Assembly (NCBI GenBank): GCA_009103225.1 | Contig: RHPI01003330.1 | Location: 8,472-72,471 of the forward strand | From: Chlorokybus atmophyticus | Taxonomy: Eukaryota > Plantae > Mesostigma and Chlorokybus algae | DNA length: 64,000 nucleotides | Reading direction: 5' to 3' | Part shown: positions 25,566 to 38,710 of the stretch, piece after piece | Layout: every line of letters begins with the position of its first letter | Numbering within the stretch: the first letter of the stretch is position 1 | Program-made: the position numbers and the translations under genes | Notes under the pieces: model-generated | Told to the model about the DNA's origin: nothing | The model's database searches: none | Seen by the model: only the letters and a program-made list of their open reading frames with translations

Positions 25566-25771
25566 GGGGGGGGGGGGGGGGGGGGNNNNNNNNNNNNNNN
25601 NNNNNNNNNNNNNNNNNNNNNNNNNNNNNNNNNNNNNNNNNNNNNNNNNNNNNNNNNNNNNNNNNNNNNNNNNNNNNNNNNNNNNNNNNNNNNNNNNNNN
25701 NNNNNNNNNNNNNNNNNNNNNNNNNNNNNNNNNNNNNNNNNNNNNNNNNNNNNNNNNNNNNNGGGGGGGGG
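25566..25771. other. Assembly gap (N 25586-25761) flanked by poly-G runs
   Basis: G20 before the N block and about G10 after it. Confidence 0.95.
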
Positions 25772-26375
25772 AGTAGAACAGCGGCTGCAGGATATCTTAC
25801 ACCTTCATCGCCAGCGTGTAGCGTACGCTTAACATGTGTGCAGCAAGTGTATGCAGTGGCGATGGTAGAGCAAGAAGTAGTGGCGGTGGCATATACGGGC
25901 TGGGATCTCGTAACTGCAGTCATATAGCCATGCAAGTGGACGAGGTACTTATTAATTGCGTAAGATACAACATATTGGGAAGTACATATTTGGCCAGGCA
26001 AGGCAAAGCAGCTGGCATCACATAACTTACAGCAGAGCTGCGCGAAGCACGCTCTGCTGTAACATGTGTTATGCGTTTTTTTGTATCATATGTGCGTAGA
26101 TTGCATGTGGTGATCACATGGAGCGGTGTGCAACAAGATGAAGCAACCTTGTATAGTAGAGGAGTGAAAAACATGTCCACATGCGTAGAGTCTGTAACTA
26201 TATCATAATATTTTGTAAACTTATCATATGCATATATTGATCATTTCAATGTTGACATAAGTTTGTGGATTGTTAGAGCTGTGGTCGGGGTTTACATATT
26301 CTTGACATGAATGACAGTTTTGGCCCGGTTGACTATCCAGACACATCCCCACATGCACGCGTGGAGAGTGAGATC

Positions 26376-26456
26376 GAGAGCGAGAGCGAGAGAGCGAGAG
26401 AGCGAGAGCGAGAGCGAGAGAGCGAGAGAGCGAGCGAGAGAGCGAGAGAGCGAGCG

Positions 26457-26545
<89 letters not shown>

Positions 26546-27050
26546 GCGAGAGAGNNNNNNNNNNNNNNNNNNNNNNNNNNNNNNNNNNNNNNNNNNNNNN
26601 NNNNNNNNNNNNNNNNNNNNNNNNNNNNNNNNNNNNNNNNNNNNNNNNNNNNNNNNNNNNNNNNNNNNNNNNNNNNNNNNNNNNNNNNNNNNNNNNNNNN
26701 NNNNNNNNNNNNNNNNNNNNNNNNNNNNNNNNNNNNNNNNNNNNNNNNNNNNNNNNNNNNNNNNNNNNNNNNNNNNNNNNNNNNNNNNNNNNNNNNNNNN
26801 NNNNNNNNNNNNNNNNNNNNNNNNNNNNNNNNNNNNNNNNNNNNNNNNNNNNNNNNNNNNNNNNNNNNNNNNNNNNNNNNNNNNNNNNNNNNNNNNNNNN
26901 NNNNNNNNNNNNNNNNNNNNNNNNNNNNNNNNNNNNNNNNNNNNNNNNNNNNNNNNNNNNNNNNNNNNNNNNNNNNNNNNNNNNNNNNNNNNNNNNNNNN
27001 NNNNNNNNNNNNNNNNNNNNNNNNNNNNNNNNNNNNNNNNNNNNNNNNNN
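26376..27050. repeat. Compound (GA)n/(GAGC) microsatellite running into an assembly gap (N 26555-27050)
   Basis: Read directly from the sequence. Confidence 0.95.
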
Positions 27051-27270
27051 GGGAGTCAACAGTCAGAAAGATGCTGAATATCTCCAGGCAGTTCAGATTT
27101 GACAGGCAACTGGAATGCTACTGATTTCACAAGGAACTGCACATGGTTCTTCCAAACTCTACACAAGGCAACATATCTACAAAACTGCACCAAGAAATCC
27201 ATCACCATCATAGACAACCAGCAGCAGCGACCTCGGAATCCCCGAAATGGTGAGGGCCACGATACTCGTC

Positions 27271-29847
27271 TCAATGAAAATTCTGCCGAGATGATGTTTC
27301 CTGTACAGCAATGCGAATTGAATGCACACAACCACGTGTATGCTGGTGGTTGAGGAGCTCAACACTGGCCTCAACGTTCTCGGACGCGGCCTTCTTGGGC
27401 TGCGGCTTTTTGTGCAGGGCATTTGACACTGCTTGGATTGTGTTGGGTGTCGTGCGGCAGCATCCGCCTACCAGCTTTGCTCCAGCAGCCATCCACTGCG
27501 GCACGAGTGAAGCAAAGCCCACGTCGTCGACAAATGTTCCGGGCTGCAAGCAAGCAATAAACGTCAATGGCCGTATGTGCCATACACGTGCTGACCAATT
27601 TGTTGCCACCAATGAGCTTGGAGTATGATACTTATTGCAATTGTGCAAAAAAGGATGCGCAACAACAAGATCACATACCAACCATGTCTTGTTTATCTCA
27701 TCCCAGCCTTCACCCTTGTTTGGATAGACAACAAAAGGCTTGTCCGTGACCTGAATACAACCAACACAACTTTCAGCTTCAATGCTTGATGACAACCTCA
27801 ACAAGCCTTGCTAACGCAAACAACCATCATGAGGGCCATAATTAACCATACCGCTCTTGAGAGCTGCAGCAAAGGCACAATGTAGAATGGCGCTGTGCAG
27901 TTGATGCCGATAGCCACCACTTGAGGGCAGGCAGTGACTGCGGCGACCGCCTCCGCAATATGCTCACCGCTACAGGCGTGGCTGCCATCCTTGCCAGAGA
28001 ACGATATCCAGGCAAAGGCCGAAGGAAACTCTTCTTGAAGCAACCTCACAATGGCCTACCACACAAAGCATAGGTATGAGGGTAAGTGAGAAACGGGCGC
28101 AAAATCCAGCTCACCAGCCTTCTAGTCTTAGCATGCAACACTGTGATACTTGCGACAGCATATGGAATCTGTTACCTGTGCTTCAATCACGCACGGGACT
28201 GTCTCAAAGGCCAGAATATCTGCTTGCGAACTGGCCAGAACAGCCAAACGTGGCCTGTGGAAGTTCATCAACTCTTCAACCGACACACCATAGTTGCCCC
28301 TGCCATGAAACCAACGTTGATGATCGCCTTTTTGTATGTTATCTGAGTATGAGTGCCAAGACAAACCTGTACTCCGATCCATCTGCAAGATAGGCTCCAT
28401 AGCTTCCAATTGAAGCGGCCACAAGGGGATACGCTCGCCCAGTGAGATTGCCTTTGGCTTGGAGTTGCGACCAAAACTGATTGCGAGCTGCGCATGCCAT
28501 CTCAACGCTTCTCAATAGCACCTATCATTACAGTGTCAAACTAAAACCAAGGTTGCACTAATTCTGCTGAGAATGGGAACAGGGGGGAGGGGGATGCGGA
28601 GGCGGGAAAGGTAGGGGGGGAGAGGGGGAGGGGGAGGGGGCTTAACTATGCAGGTGAAACACAAACAATCGCAACTTTTGCATTACACAAGACCCAGTAC
28701 TGTTACTGTGAGTCAATGTCACTTTGCTTGTACAACTCTGTGGCAAAGGGCATACCTGCCTGGACTGGTCTGCATCAAGTCCCCTGCGTTGGCTGAAGCC
28801 TTGTGTCGTGGCCTATATCGAAGCAAAGAAGTCAGATGCACTGCAGTCCATGCATTTGTGGAGAGCTGACAGTGTAGATCACAATCAGTAACAGACGCAG
28901 TGTGCTCGCACCTGGTATGAGCAGGTGATGGCCACGTCAGCCCCTGCTGCGAAGTAGTCGTAGTGCACCTGAAAAGCCATGACGCCGCTCAGCACTGCAG
29001 TGTCACAAAAGTACACCCAACGACGACGAGAGATAACACATTGCATCCGGTTTGCATGTGCCGTAGTGCCGGCCCTGTACAATTTGTTCCAGGCAGCTCC
29101 GAGAGCAATGCACAATACTTCTGCTAGGTGGCGCTGTGCAAGCTCGCAGGGCAACTCAAGAGACACAACAGAACAATGGACCGATGCCAAATGCATGCAT
29201 GCAACCGTTTCGACAGTCGCAGCGTGACAACGAGTTCCAGTACCAACCTGCTGGACAAGCTCCGGCCTGTCCAGCAAGCAGGAGGCGCTCCATAGCGGGT
29301 TGTTGAGGTCAGCTCCCCTGGCCTCCAGCTCGGTGGCCAGGCCACCGTCGAGTGCAGCAACCCCTCCTGGTGACTGCGAGAGCAGCCGCTCAATGGGATT
29401 GACTGTCAACTGCTCCTCAGGGCCAGCGGGCGCTTCCCTAGTTTCTTCCATGCCGCCTTCAACTGCCGCCTTTACACAATTCAGTCTGCGGGTGGCGCTT
29501 CTGTGCATGCGCCTGCTGCTGAAAACCGTTTGCACAAGCTGGCTGCTTTCGTCTGCTCGTATACAGCAGCTTGAGCTTACTATCCTTGTCGCTCTGGCGC
29601 TGCTGCTGCTGCTGCTTGCCACTGCACTAAGCGACAAATGCGCCTTGTAACCTCCTGCCGAGCAATTGAGCTCAACCTGCAACTTGCGCTGAACACAACC
29701 AGCTGCAACTACAACCACAGGCGCGTATACCAAGCTGGGCATAGCATCCGCCTCAATTAGGCAAAGCCTGCACCACACAAATGCCCGTTTCCGTCCCCGC
29801 CAATGCCACCGCCCACCCCGCCGCCGACACTGCAGCCGACGTGGCAT
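27271..29847 (-). CDS. HMT: Homocysteine S-methyltransferase with a long N-terminal extension, spliced
   Basis: ALDGGLATELE..GADLNNPLWSA; VHYDYFAAGADVAITCSYQ; AASIGSYGAYLADGSEY; FHRPRL; LAFETVP; GINCT; VYPNKGE; GGCCRTTP. The start is ambiguous (ATG at 29847, 29742 or further downstream). Confidence 0.93.
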
Positions 29848-30299
29848 ACACCTTTCGCTCCCGATTCCCGCGCCACTCACAGGCGAACGTCGATTGTTAA
29901 GTAACTACCAGCTACCGTACACTGAGGCCTGCACTGTGCTTAGCTACCGTTAAAAAAGCTAACCATTACGTTACGCCTCTGACATGTCACACTGGCATGC
30001 CAAAACGGGGCAAAAACGTGGAAAGGTCGCGGCGTCGACGGGATCAGTGACCTCAGAACGGACGCTCAGTGGTCGTTACACGCAAATCTGTGATCCAAAC
30101 ATCAAGAAAACCAGTGATCCGCCTTCGAATGTGGATCACTGAACACTTATCCATTGTCAGATGTTCAGTGACTGTGGATCACTGAGCACCTACTACGGGA
30201 TCAGCTTGTCCAGCGGCGGCGGCATTGGTGTTGTCGGTGGCGGAGGCGGCTGCATCAACAGGTTCAGCATCAGCCGTTGGGAGTGAGAAGCGCCAAGGC

Positions 30300-33200
30300 A
30301 TGCCGGTGTGTTTGGCTGCCGGCTGCTCTGCCGCCAGCGCGTCCGTTGTCAGACGCAGTGTGGGTGTTGTTGCGGATGTTGCTGCGGGTGTGAGGACAAA
30401 GGATGGGCGGCCTGGGCGGCGGCATGCAGTCAATGCTGTCAAACTATCGTGTAGGATAGTCCGGGGACGACGTGCAGGGAGCGAGCTTCGGGTGGCCAGG
30501 TGTCAGCTATCTTCTGCTGAGGTTGCTTCGACAGCTTCGCAACAGCATACTGCCGAGCCTTCCAGAAGTATGAAGGGGTCTGCGTCATGCTTGCTGTGTG
30601 CACCTATTGTGGCCGCCACTGTGCCAGCGTTAACTGCGGCTGTTGCGGAGGCAGCGGCAGCTGGCGCACAGATTGTGGAGCTCAGGCAGGTGCTCATTGC
30701 TACCTTGCATACATGCATGCATGCATATATCACAGCACTTGCTCTCGAACCAACGGCCTTTGATGCCAAGAAGTAGTGCATTTGCGACTTGACAGCACAC
30801 ACATAACACATCACGCTGTCGTGCGATCGCTGCTGCATGACAGTACTATTGCATGACGGTGTGGATAGCAATGTAAGGCATGAGCAGCTCTATATTGCTC
30901 ACCAAACATATTTGTGCCGCACATCATGTTTGTTTTTGTAATCTACTTTATGTCTCAAGCAGCATGCAACAATGCCCAATACTGTGTGCAGGATTGACTT
31001 CTTGCCCGTTGGTGGATTTGAAGTTGCAGAGCTTCTTGCTGCAGCAGCGAGCCACAACCTTCCTGCAATCATCACGTACCGACCAGAATGGGAAGGTGGC
31101 CAGTACAGTGGGGATGAAGAACACCGCTTAGACACATTGCGGCAAGCCATCAAGCTGGGCGCAGACTACGTTGACATTGAGCTCAAGGTGGGTCCCGTTG
31201 GTTATGGCAAGCCAGTTCAATGTCGCATGCAGTGAATGATGGTGGTTGCGTTTCTGTTCACAGCCTCGCACTTATCTTTTGCACATAGCAACGTCACTAG
31301 CATTTCATAATGGAGTGCATGCACTGTACTCTGTTACGATGTGCATGAGCATGACGCCTGTCGCAAGCAGGTTGCAAAGGAGTTCATGAGCGACTTCCGC
31401 AATGCGAAGCATAAGACGAAGTTCATAGTCTCACATCACAACTACACTGGCGTACCAAGTGATGCAGAGCTGCTTCAGCTTGTGCAAGACATGATTGATG
31501 CTGGCTGCGACATTGCAAAGGTTGTCGGCACAGCACAGGATGTCACTGACAATGATCGTATCCTACGGCTGTTAATGACTGCCAAGGTACCCTTAGCCAA
31601 TGCGTGGTACTGGGGTGGCATGTAATGTGCTAAACTTGTGGCTAACAGGCGCATTGCTAGGTTCCTATGATAGCTTTAGCTATGGGGCCCAAGGGGCAGA
31701 TCAGCAGGCTGCTTGCCCCCAAGTATGGTGCTTATCTCACGTTTGGAGCATTGTCTGCCGGCCAAGAGTCTGCACCTGGGCAAACGACAATACAAGAGTT
31801 GGTGAACGTGTACAAACTGGGTCGCCACAAGGCAAACACAAAGGTCTTTGGTCTGATAGGTATGCTCCTGTCATCCTGCAGCCATGCTGGATGGTGAACG
31901 TAGAGTTGCGTCCAGTTGTGGTGTTAATTCATATACCTCCTGCTCGGCAGGCAACCCAGTATCGCACAGCCGAGGACCCCAGCTTCATAATGCTGCATTT
32001 GCCCATGTTGGCGTAGAAGCTGTGTACGTGCCTTTTCTGGTAGACTCTATTGAAAGGTTTCTGGCCACTTTCACAAGCAGCGACTTTGCGGGCTTCAGGT
32101 AAGAGTACATGCTTCGCGAGAAGCTTGGTACTAGGCTCGCTTCATCACTCTTTGCTTGCTGGACAGTGTGACGATACCTCACAAAGAAGCAGCCATGAGG
32201 TGTTGTGACGAAGTTGATCCTGTTGCCAAGGTCACAGTTTGCCCTGATGTTTTGGTTGTTTCATCATTTTGCCAATCGCTGGCTGACTGGAACTGTAGGC
32301 GGTTATTGTTTCACATCGCATTGCTGGACAGCACGGACGACTTTGAGTTTGACATCACTTGCTACAGGCAATCGGTGCGGTAAACACTTTGGTCCGCAAA
32401 GCAGATGGCACACTTTTCGGGTACAACACGGATTATTCCGCTGCCATCAGCGCTATTGAGGACGGCTTGCGAAGCAGGGACCTAGTGTAAGTGCATGCAT
32501 GCGCTTGAGGCATGCTATGTGAGGTTTGCGTTGCACACTGCTTTGCAATTGCTGCAGCACATCACACGATATGCTGGTAGGGGGTCGGCACAAGGGTCCC
32601 CACTTCAAGACAAGGTGGTGGTCGTTGTTGGTGCTGGCGGAGCAGGACGCGCTGTTGCTTTTGGAGCAGCGCAGAAAGGGGCACGAGTACTGATAGCAAA
32701 TAGAAGAGCAGGTATGCCACTGGTTGACAGTAGCTGAAGGGTGTCATTTCTTTGGCAGCTTTGCAGTGCAACTGTTTGCACCAAACGTCTTTTCGTCCCC
32801 GTACCACTCTCACGTTGCAAGCGCAGCAATCTACAATGGCAGTTCCAAGTCATGCCAGGGTCAGCTGCACACATACAAGCGACGCGCTTTGATTTTGCCA
32901 CACCACAATCTGCTTATGCGATTTAAATGATTGCATAAGCAGGTTGTATATCTCTACTCGCATCGAACAGACTGTCTGTTGGCTTGGCGCCTTATCAGAT
33001 TGGGCCCTGACAACTGAATCTCGAGTCACCTGTCTACCTTCCAATATTTAATAGGGAATGTTCAGGTGTTTGCAATGTGCACGGCTGATTGCATGCTGTG
33101 CATCAGAGCGCGCAGAAGAGTTAGCTCAAGCAGTTGGTTGTGAAAGCATTCCATGGACGAAGTTGACAGAGGGCGCCCAGGGTGACGTCCTTGCCAACAC

Positions 33201-33689
33201 GACGTCACTTGGAATGCATCCAAATGAAGACCAGACGCCCGTTCCACAGGTGCATTAGCCATTGCAGCAGCACAGCACTTGCGTGCGGGAGTATGCATTA
33301 TCACAAAGCATGCAGTTGCACACCAGTAGTGCTGTGCTGTAACATTGCTGTGGTCGCAGAACGCTTTGCGTGGTTACTCGATTGTGTTTGACGCCGTGTA
33401 CAACCCTCTGGAAACACGCCTGCTCAGAGAGGCAAAGGCTTGCGGTGCAGTGGCTGTTAGTGGAGTAGAAATGTTTGTTGGCCAAGCGGCAGATCAGTTC
33501 CAACTGTTTACTGGCAAGCCAGGTACGGCTGCCTTGTGTGCACGCATATGGCAGGGCTCATGTGTTTGCAGTGTTGGTATTCTTCCTGCCCGTACATATG
33601 CTTGGGCGATGTTTAGCCTTTTTAGTAACTTCCCTTCGGTTACAGCACCGCGGGAGCTCATGAAGCAGACAGTCGTTGACAGCCTTTGA
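30300..33689 (+). CDS. DHQ-SDH: Bifunctional 3-dehydroquinate dehydratase/shikimate dehydrogenase, plastid-targeted, spliced
   Basis: Transit peptide; LLCAPIVA; IVELR|IDF; [13 protein letters not shown]; GADYVDIEL; VSHHNY; [25 protein letters not shown]; GNPVSHS; VTIPHKE; IGAVNT; GYNTD; GAGGAGRA; FDAVYNP; EMFVGQA. GC-AG intron at 30686-30991. Confidence 0.97.
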
Positions 33690-35454
33690 GCCTCGCATGC
33701 TACTGCAAGCAGTTTTTTGACGTCCAGCAGAGCATCAGCTCTCCCGTCACGCAAATCATCTGACGCTGCAACAGGTCATCACGCTGAAGCAGATTGCATC
33801 ACCATAAACGCCACCTGTTACTGTGCAAACGAGTGGCAACGCCGCAATCTGCGGGCACATAGGCAAAGAACTTGCTAAGACTCTAGGGTGCAAGAGAGTC
33901 AAGCAGCACAGCAGACAGTTCAGCAAAGCAGTGATGTGCTGGGCCCTTTAGCTCAGCTCGGTGGCAGCAACAAACAAAAGGTAGTGTTTCAGGCTCACCT
34001 ACACGCAGGCGCCACAGTGATAATGGCGCATGTGCAGGTGATCATCGTTTGCAGCATGCATAGGCAAAGACTGTGGCATGCATGCATGACTGATGGGGTA
34101 GGGCAGTAGGGTTTGTGATAGTGAGGTAGGTAGCTAGTGCCTAGCCCAGTGATCGTGTTCGAGGTGAGCTGGATGTGAGTGCATGCTGTCGGTGTTGCAT
34201 GTGTCGTGCATGGCATATCCCTTATTGCAGATTTTGTACACAGTGCATGTGTATTATCATTTAAAAAGTTGACTTGTGAAAGCGCGAATGTGGTGCTTGT
34301 GAAGGTTTGTGCAACAGCTTAGCTCGGCCAACGCACATTGTGTATTGGGAAATGTACAAATGTATAAAAGGTTGTATGCTAGATCAAGCGTATGCCCCGG
34401 CCCATATGGGCAAGTATGCCAATAACTCTGTGCATAGGCTTTTCAAATGTACGCACGATGTGCAAAGCACAGCACAGCGCACCTCAGCAATCAGCAGTCA
34501 CATCAGCATGGGCACTTGGATTGGAACACGGGCAACCAGTTAGTTATGTGCTCTAGCTAAGTGCTTGGTGTGAGCGGAGGGTGGGGGGCAAGGGCAGCAG
34601 AACAGGGCAGGGGCAAGTACGTTCAAGGGTACAAAAGCAAGCAGACCTGGAGGCACAGGGCCGAAGGTTGGGCTTGGTTGTATGGCGCAGTGGACAAGGT
34701 GAGCAGCACAGCAGCACAGGGCGAGGGGGAAGGGCGAGAGCGTGGGTGAGGGTGTTGTATATAAGGGGTATGGTACGGTGGCAGCATGCATGTGGACAAT
34801 GTGCATGTAGAGAGTAGCTAGTTTCAGCAAATAGAGCACATAGCCTGGCGGTGGTGGTGTAAATATGTAAGTAATGGTGAATGCTCTAGTGCGTGCATGT
34901 GACTACTGCATGTGCAGCAATAGAGTGCGCACATACGTTAGCATGTATGATGCAGCACCCTGCATGCAAGGGGTGTGGTTCATCACCATTGTGAGTGGGT
35001 ATGCACATGGTAGTCATTGTACACAAGCATGACATTGCATATACACTATGCGTACACATGTGTTTCATCAAGGTGATCACACAACGCCGCTCGTTAAGTC
35101 ACTTCATTTTCCTTGCCAACATACATTGACAGCAAGTTCGCTGCTCATATGATACGTTTGAGGACATGGATTTTCCACAAAACAAGTTCACAGTCAAGTG
35201 CAAAAAATGGCAGTATACCACCATGCTGTACACAGTCTCACATATGCAAGTTCATGTGTTCAGTTCCACCCAATGCGCTAGCGGCCGCCAAATCAACTGT
35301 ACAGTACGGCGTACGCACTCTACTCTGTTTTGTGCTAATTGTGCCGATGGCTAGTCCTCGGCGCCTGCAAGGGCAGCATGCGCAGCTTTCAAAGCTGGCA
35401 CAAGCTGACAAAGAGGCCTGCCAGACCTCGGAGGGCGCAGCCCTCCCAACACCG

Positions 35455-37821
35455 CTACCGCACGTTGTGTCGTGCTGCAAATTGCTGTGCAAAGTCGCAC
35501 AGCAGCAGCTCCTGCCGAAAGCGCTCATACTCTCCAAGGCTGACGCCAGCTACCTTCTGTGCGAAGTCGCCATCATTGACGGCGAGGTGCTTCATGGGAA
35601 AGGCAGTGCCTCGGGGGGGCGACCTGTTTATTGCGAGCAAAAACTGATGTCGTGGCATGATGCGCTGTGCGAGGGAGAGGCTGAAGTAAGCTGGGTATTG
35701 GACCACAGTCCGCACAGTGCCATGCAGCTCCGATGTGAGGTAGTGAAACTTGGGCCGAAGAGCATTCTCCACTGACAACCCAAAGATCTGACCAAGCCTG
35801 CTGACTGTGAGCACGATGTCCTCTTCGTCCATGCCAATGCTTTGTAAAAACTCCAGGCGTGGCTTCAGACCCTCCTCCACACTGTAGCGCAGCACTTGAG
35901 GGTGCTTTGTCACCATGCGCGCAATGCCATGGTGACTGATGCCAATGTCCGATAGAAACCCCACCGCTGTTTGCGTGGTATCCATGCTCTGTGTAAGAAC
36001 CTGAGGGCTGCGAGCAACAACCTTCCCCACATCTCTGTGAGACACACCCAGGTGCTCAATCAGATACTGCACGCGTGGCTGTAAACTCTTCTCAATGGAT
36101 AGCTCCAGCAAAACAGGCGCCCTGGAAATTGTTTTCCCAAGGTCTTCTTTGCTCACGCCTATGCTCAGCAGGTACTGAACATGAGGGGCCATGGTACGCT
36201 CTATACGGTACTCCAACACCTGAGAGTGCCAAGGATACTCGTCAGGCAACTGCTTTTGTGCTTTGGACACATCATGAAATCAAGCACAGCTGTAACAGAC
36301 ATTAGCCTCACCTGTGGATGACGCACAATGATCTTTGGCAGATCTGCCTCAGGAACACCAACTGTCTGGGTAAGATAGTTCAGTCGTGACCTTGCCCGGG
36401 ACACACTGCCTGCAAAGCACTCTATACGCTTGTCAGCCAGGCGCAAAAATTCCTTTTCCGTCAAGCCAAGCGAGGCAAGGTATGCCACCATAGGCCTCCA
36501 CCGGCGTTCCAGCGCACATTGCTCAACAAGAGTTTCAAACAGTGCGTCATCGATGCTGACATTCTCCGCACCCATCAGCTTCCAGTCAACTGTAAGCTGC
36601 GCACAACCCCTGCGTAAGACAAGCATGATCGCAGGTATAGCCGCGTGCAAACTGCTGCAGACATCTGTTGCTAAGCGGCTTACCCCCCATTTCTTGCAGG
36701 GGTCCTTGATGTCGCGGTCTTTGATATCATGTGGCTTTGCAGGCTTGCGCGATGAAGGAGGCGCTGGTGTTGGCTGCTTGGTGGATGACAAACTGAGCGC
36801 CGCATCTACATGTGGCTGCGAGGCAGGTGCCTGCTTCCGTGCTGGACAAGGAGGTGGTAGGCGCTTGGTCGCAGTGCGGTTGGAGCTCAGTGCAGGGGCG
36901 GCAGGTGCCTGCTTGCGAGTTGACACAGGGATTGCGTGCTTCTTGGCCGACGCAGTCTTTGACAGCGAGGAGCCGAGGTCAAACTGCAGATCAACGGTGT
37001 GCTCGTGCGATGTGGAAGGAGCGGGCTGCTTCTTTGTGGAGGTGACATCCGACCCAAAATCAAACCGTGGATCAATGACCACCGACTGATGCTTGCGTGT
37101 GTAAGTAGGGACTGCTTGGTGCTTTGTTGGTGTTGCTCTAGGCTCAACGTCCAGGTGCGGGTCAATGACAGAGGTCTGCTGCTGACGCGATGCAGAACAA
37201 ACTGCATGCTTGGAAGCAATTACATCAGAACCAAAATCAAACCGAGGATCACCGCCGCGTGCATGTTGCCGTGATGTTGAGGGAACTGCTTGCTGCTCCT
37301 TGATTGGTAGTGAGCCACTCGTCCCCAAATCAAATTGTGCATCAAGATCATGTGCCTGGTGCCACGACAGTCAACTACCTCGACGTAACTTATGCACATT
37401 GTCAAACGACGTAACGACAAATACTTCAGCACTGCATGTTGCACAAATTGCATGTCAAATTGCTGCAAACCTGGAAGAGGCCAATGCGCTGTTGCTGCAG
37501 GCGCTCGCGTGCGGATTCTAGTTGTTTGTATCGGGAAGGAGGCGGCGGCGGATTAGACGGGAGCTCCAAGACGCAAACGGGAACCCCCACAGGCGAACAC
37601 CTACCTGTCCGCCGCTTGCTGCGACGGCAATTGGCCAAGCCCGCAAGCCCAAGCTGCTGCGGTTTACAGCCGAGTACCGACGACGCTGCGGTCGCAGCGT
37701 GCAGTTCCGTCATATCCCTCTCCAGACGAACATGTCCACAACCTTCCCCGACCCCGATCGGCGTTGACGCCACCCCGAACACCGCCGCCGCCGCCGCCGC
37801 TTGGCACTGAAAAGCTGACAT
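35455..37821 (-). CDS. mTERF: mTERF family protein with a repetitive N-terminal extension, spliced
   Basis: Tandem mTERF repeats (LPKIIVRHPQ|VLEYRIE, ISRAPVLLELSIEKSLQPRVQYL, VARSPQVL, VTKHPQVLRYSVEEGLKPRLEFL, VVQYPAYFSLSLAQRIMPRH) and a transit-peptide-like N-terminus. Confidence 0.9.
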
Positions 37822-38281
37822 GAATGTAAACTAACCCTAATTGAGCGATCGCAGCATGCATTGCAGGCGTTTCGGCAGCCGCTTAGATAGGGGGCCGAGG
37901 AAGCTGGAGCTTTAGCATGGCTATGCAGGCGGTTCGAGGGGCCTCGACTAAAAGCCTACCAAAAAGCCTTTGCTGGCGACGCGGCGCCTTTGGCGTCTTA
38001 CGTTTACTGTTACGGACTGGATATCTTGGGCACATGTTTTGTATTGAACCATTTGGCTGCACGGTGCAGCCTGCACTGTATGCAGTGCACCAACGCAGGA
38101 ATTGGTTCATGAATTGGTGTCTGCAGTGAATCTGGGCGACGGGTTCAGCGCAGATTCAGCTTAAGCCGGCCGGTCTGAATCGCTCGCTGCGTAGACTAGA
38201 CCTGCGTAGACCTCTGTCAGACTTTTAGAAGTACCTTGAAGAGTTCCCACCATCGTCAACAATTGCAGCTACTTACCATCA

Positions 38282-38710
<429 letters not shown>

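Noticed and set aside
17664-33689. argH, HMT and DHQ-SDH as a metabolic gene cluster
   Set aside because: They belong to unrelated pathways (Arg, Met, shikimate) and are interrupted by SUV3; proximity alone is not evidence.
36228-36240. GTATCCTT as a U12-type splice signal in mTERF
   Set aside because: It lies near the 3' end of an ordinary GTGAGG...CAG U2 intron that already restores the frame.
36597-36683. General excess of stop-free 3n introns (mTERF 87 nt, RSP4/6 78 nt and others)
   Set aside because: With about 90 short GC-rich introns, several such cases are expected by chance. Only the long HMT case and the G-patch case were kept.
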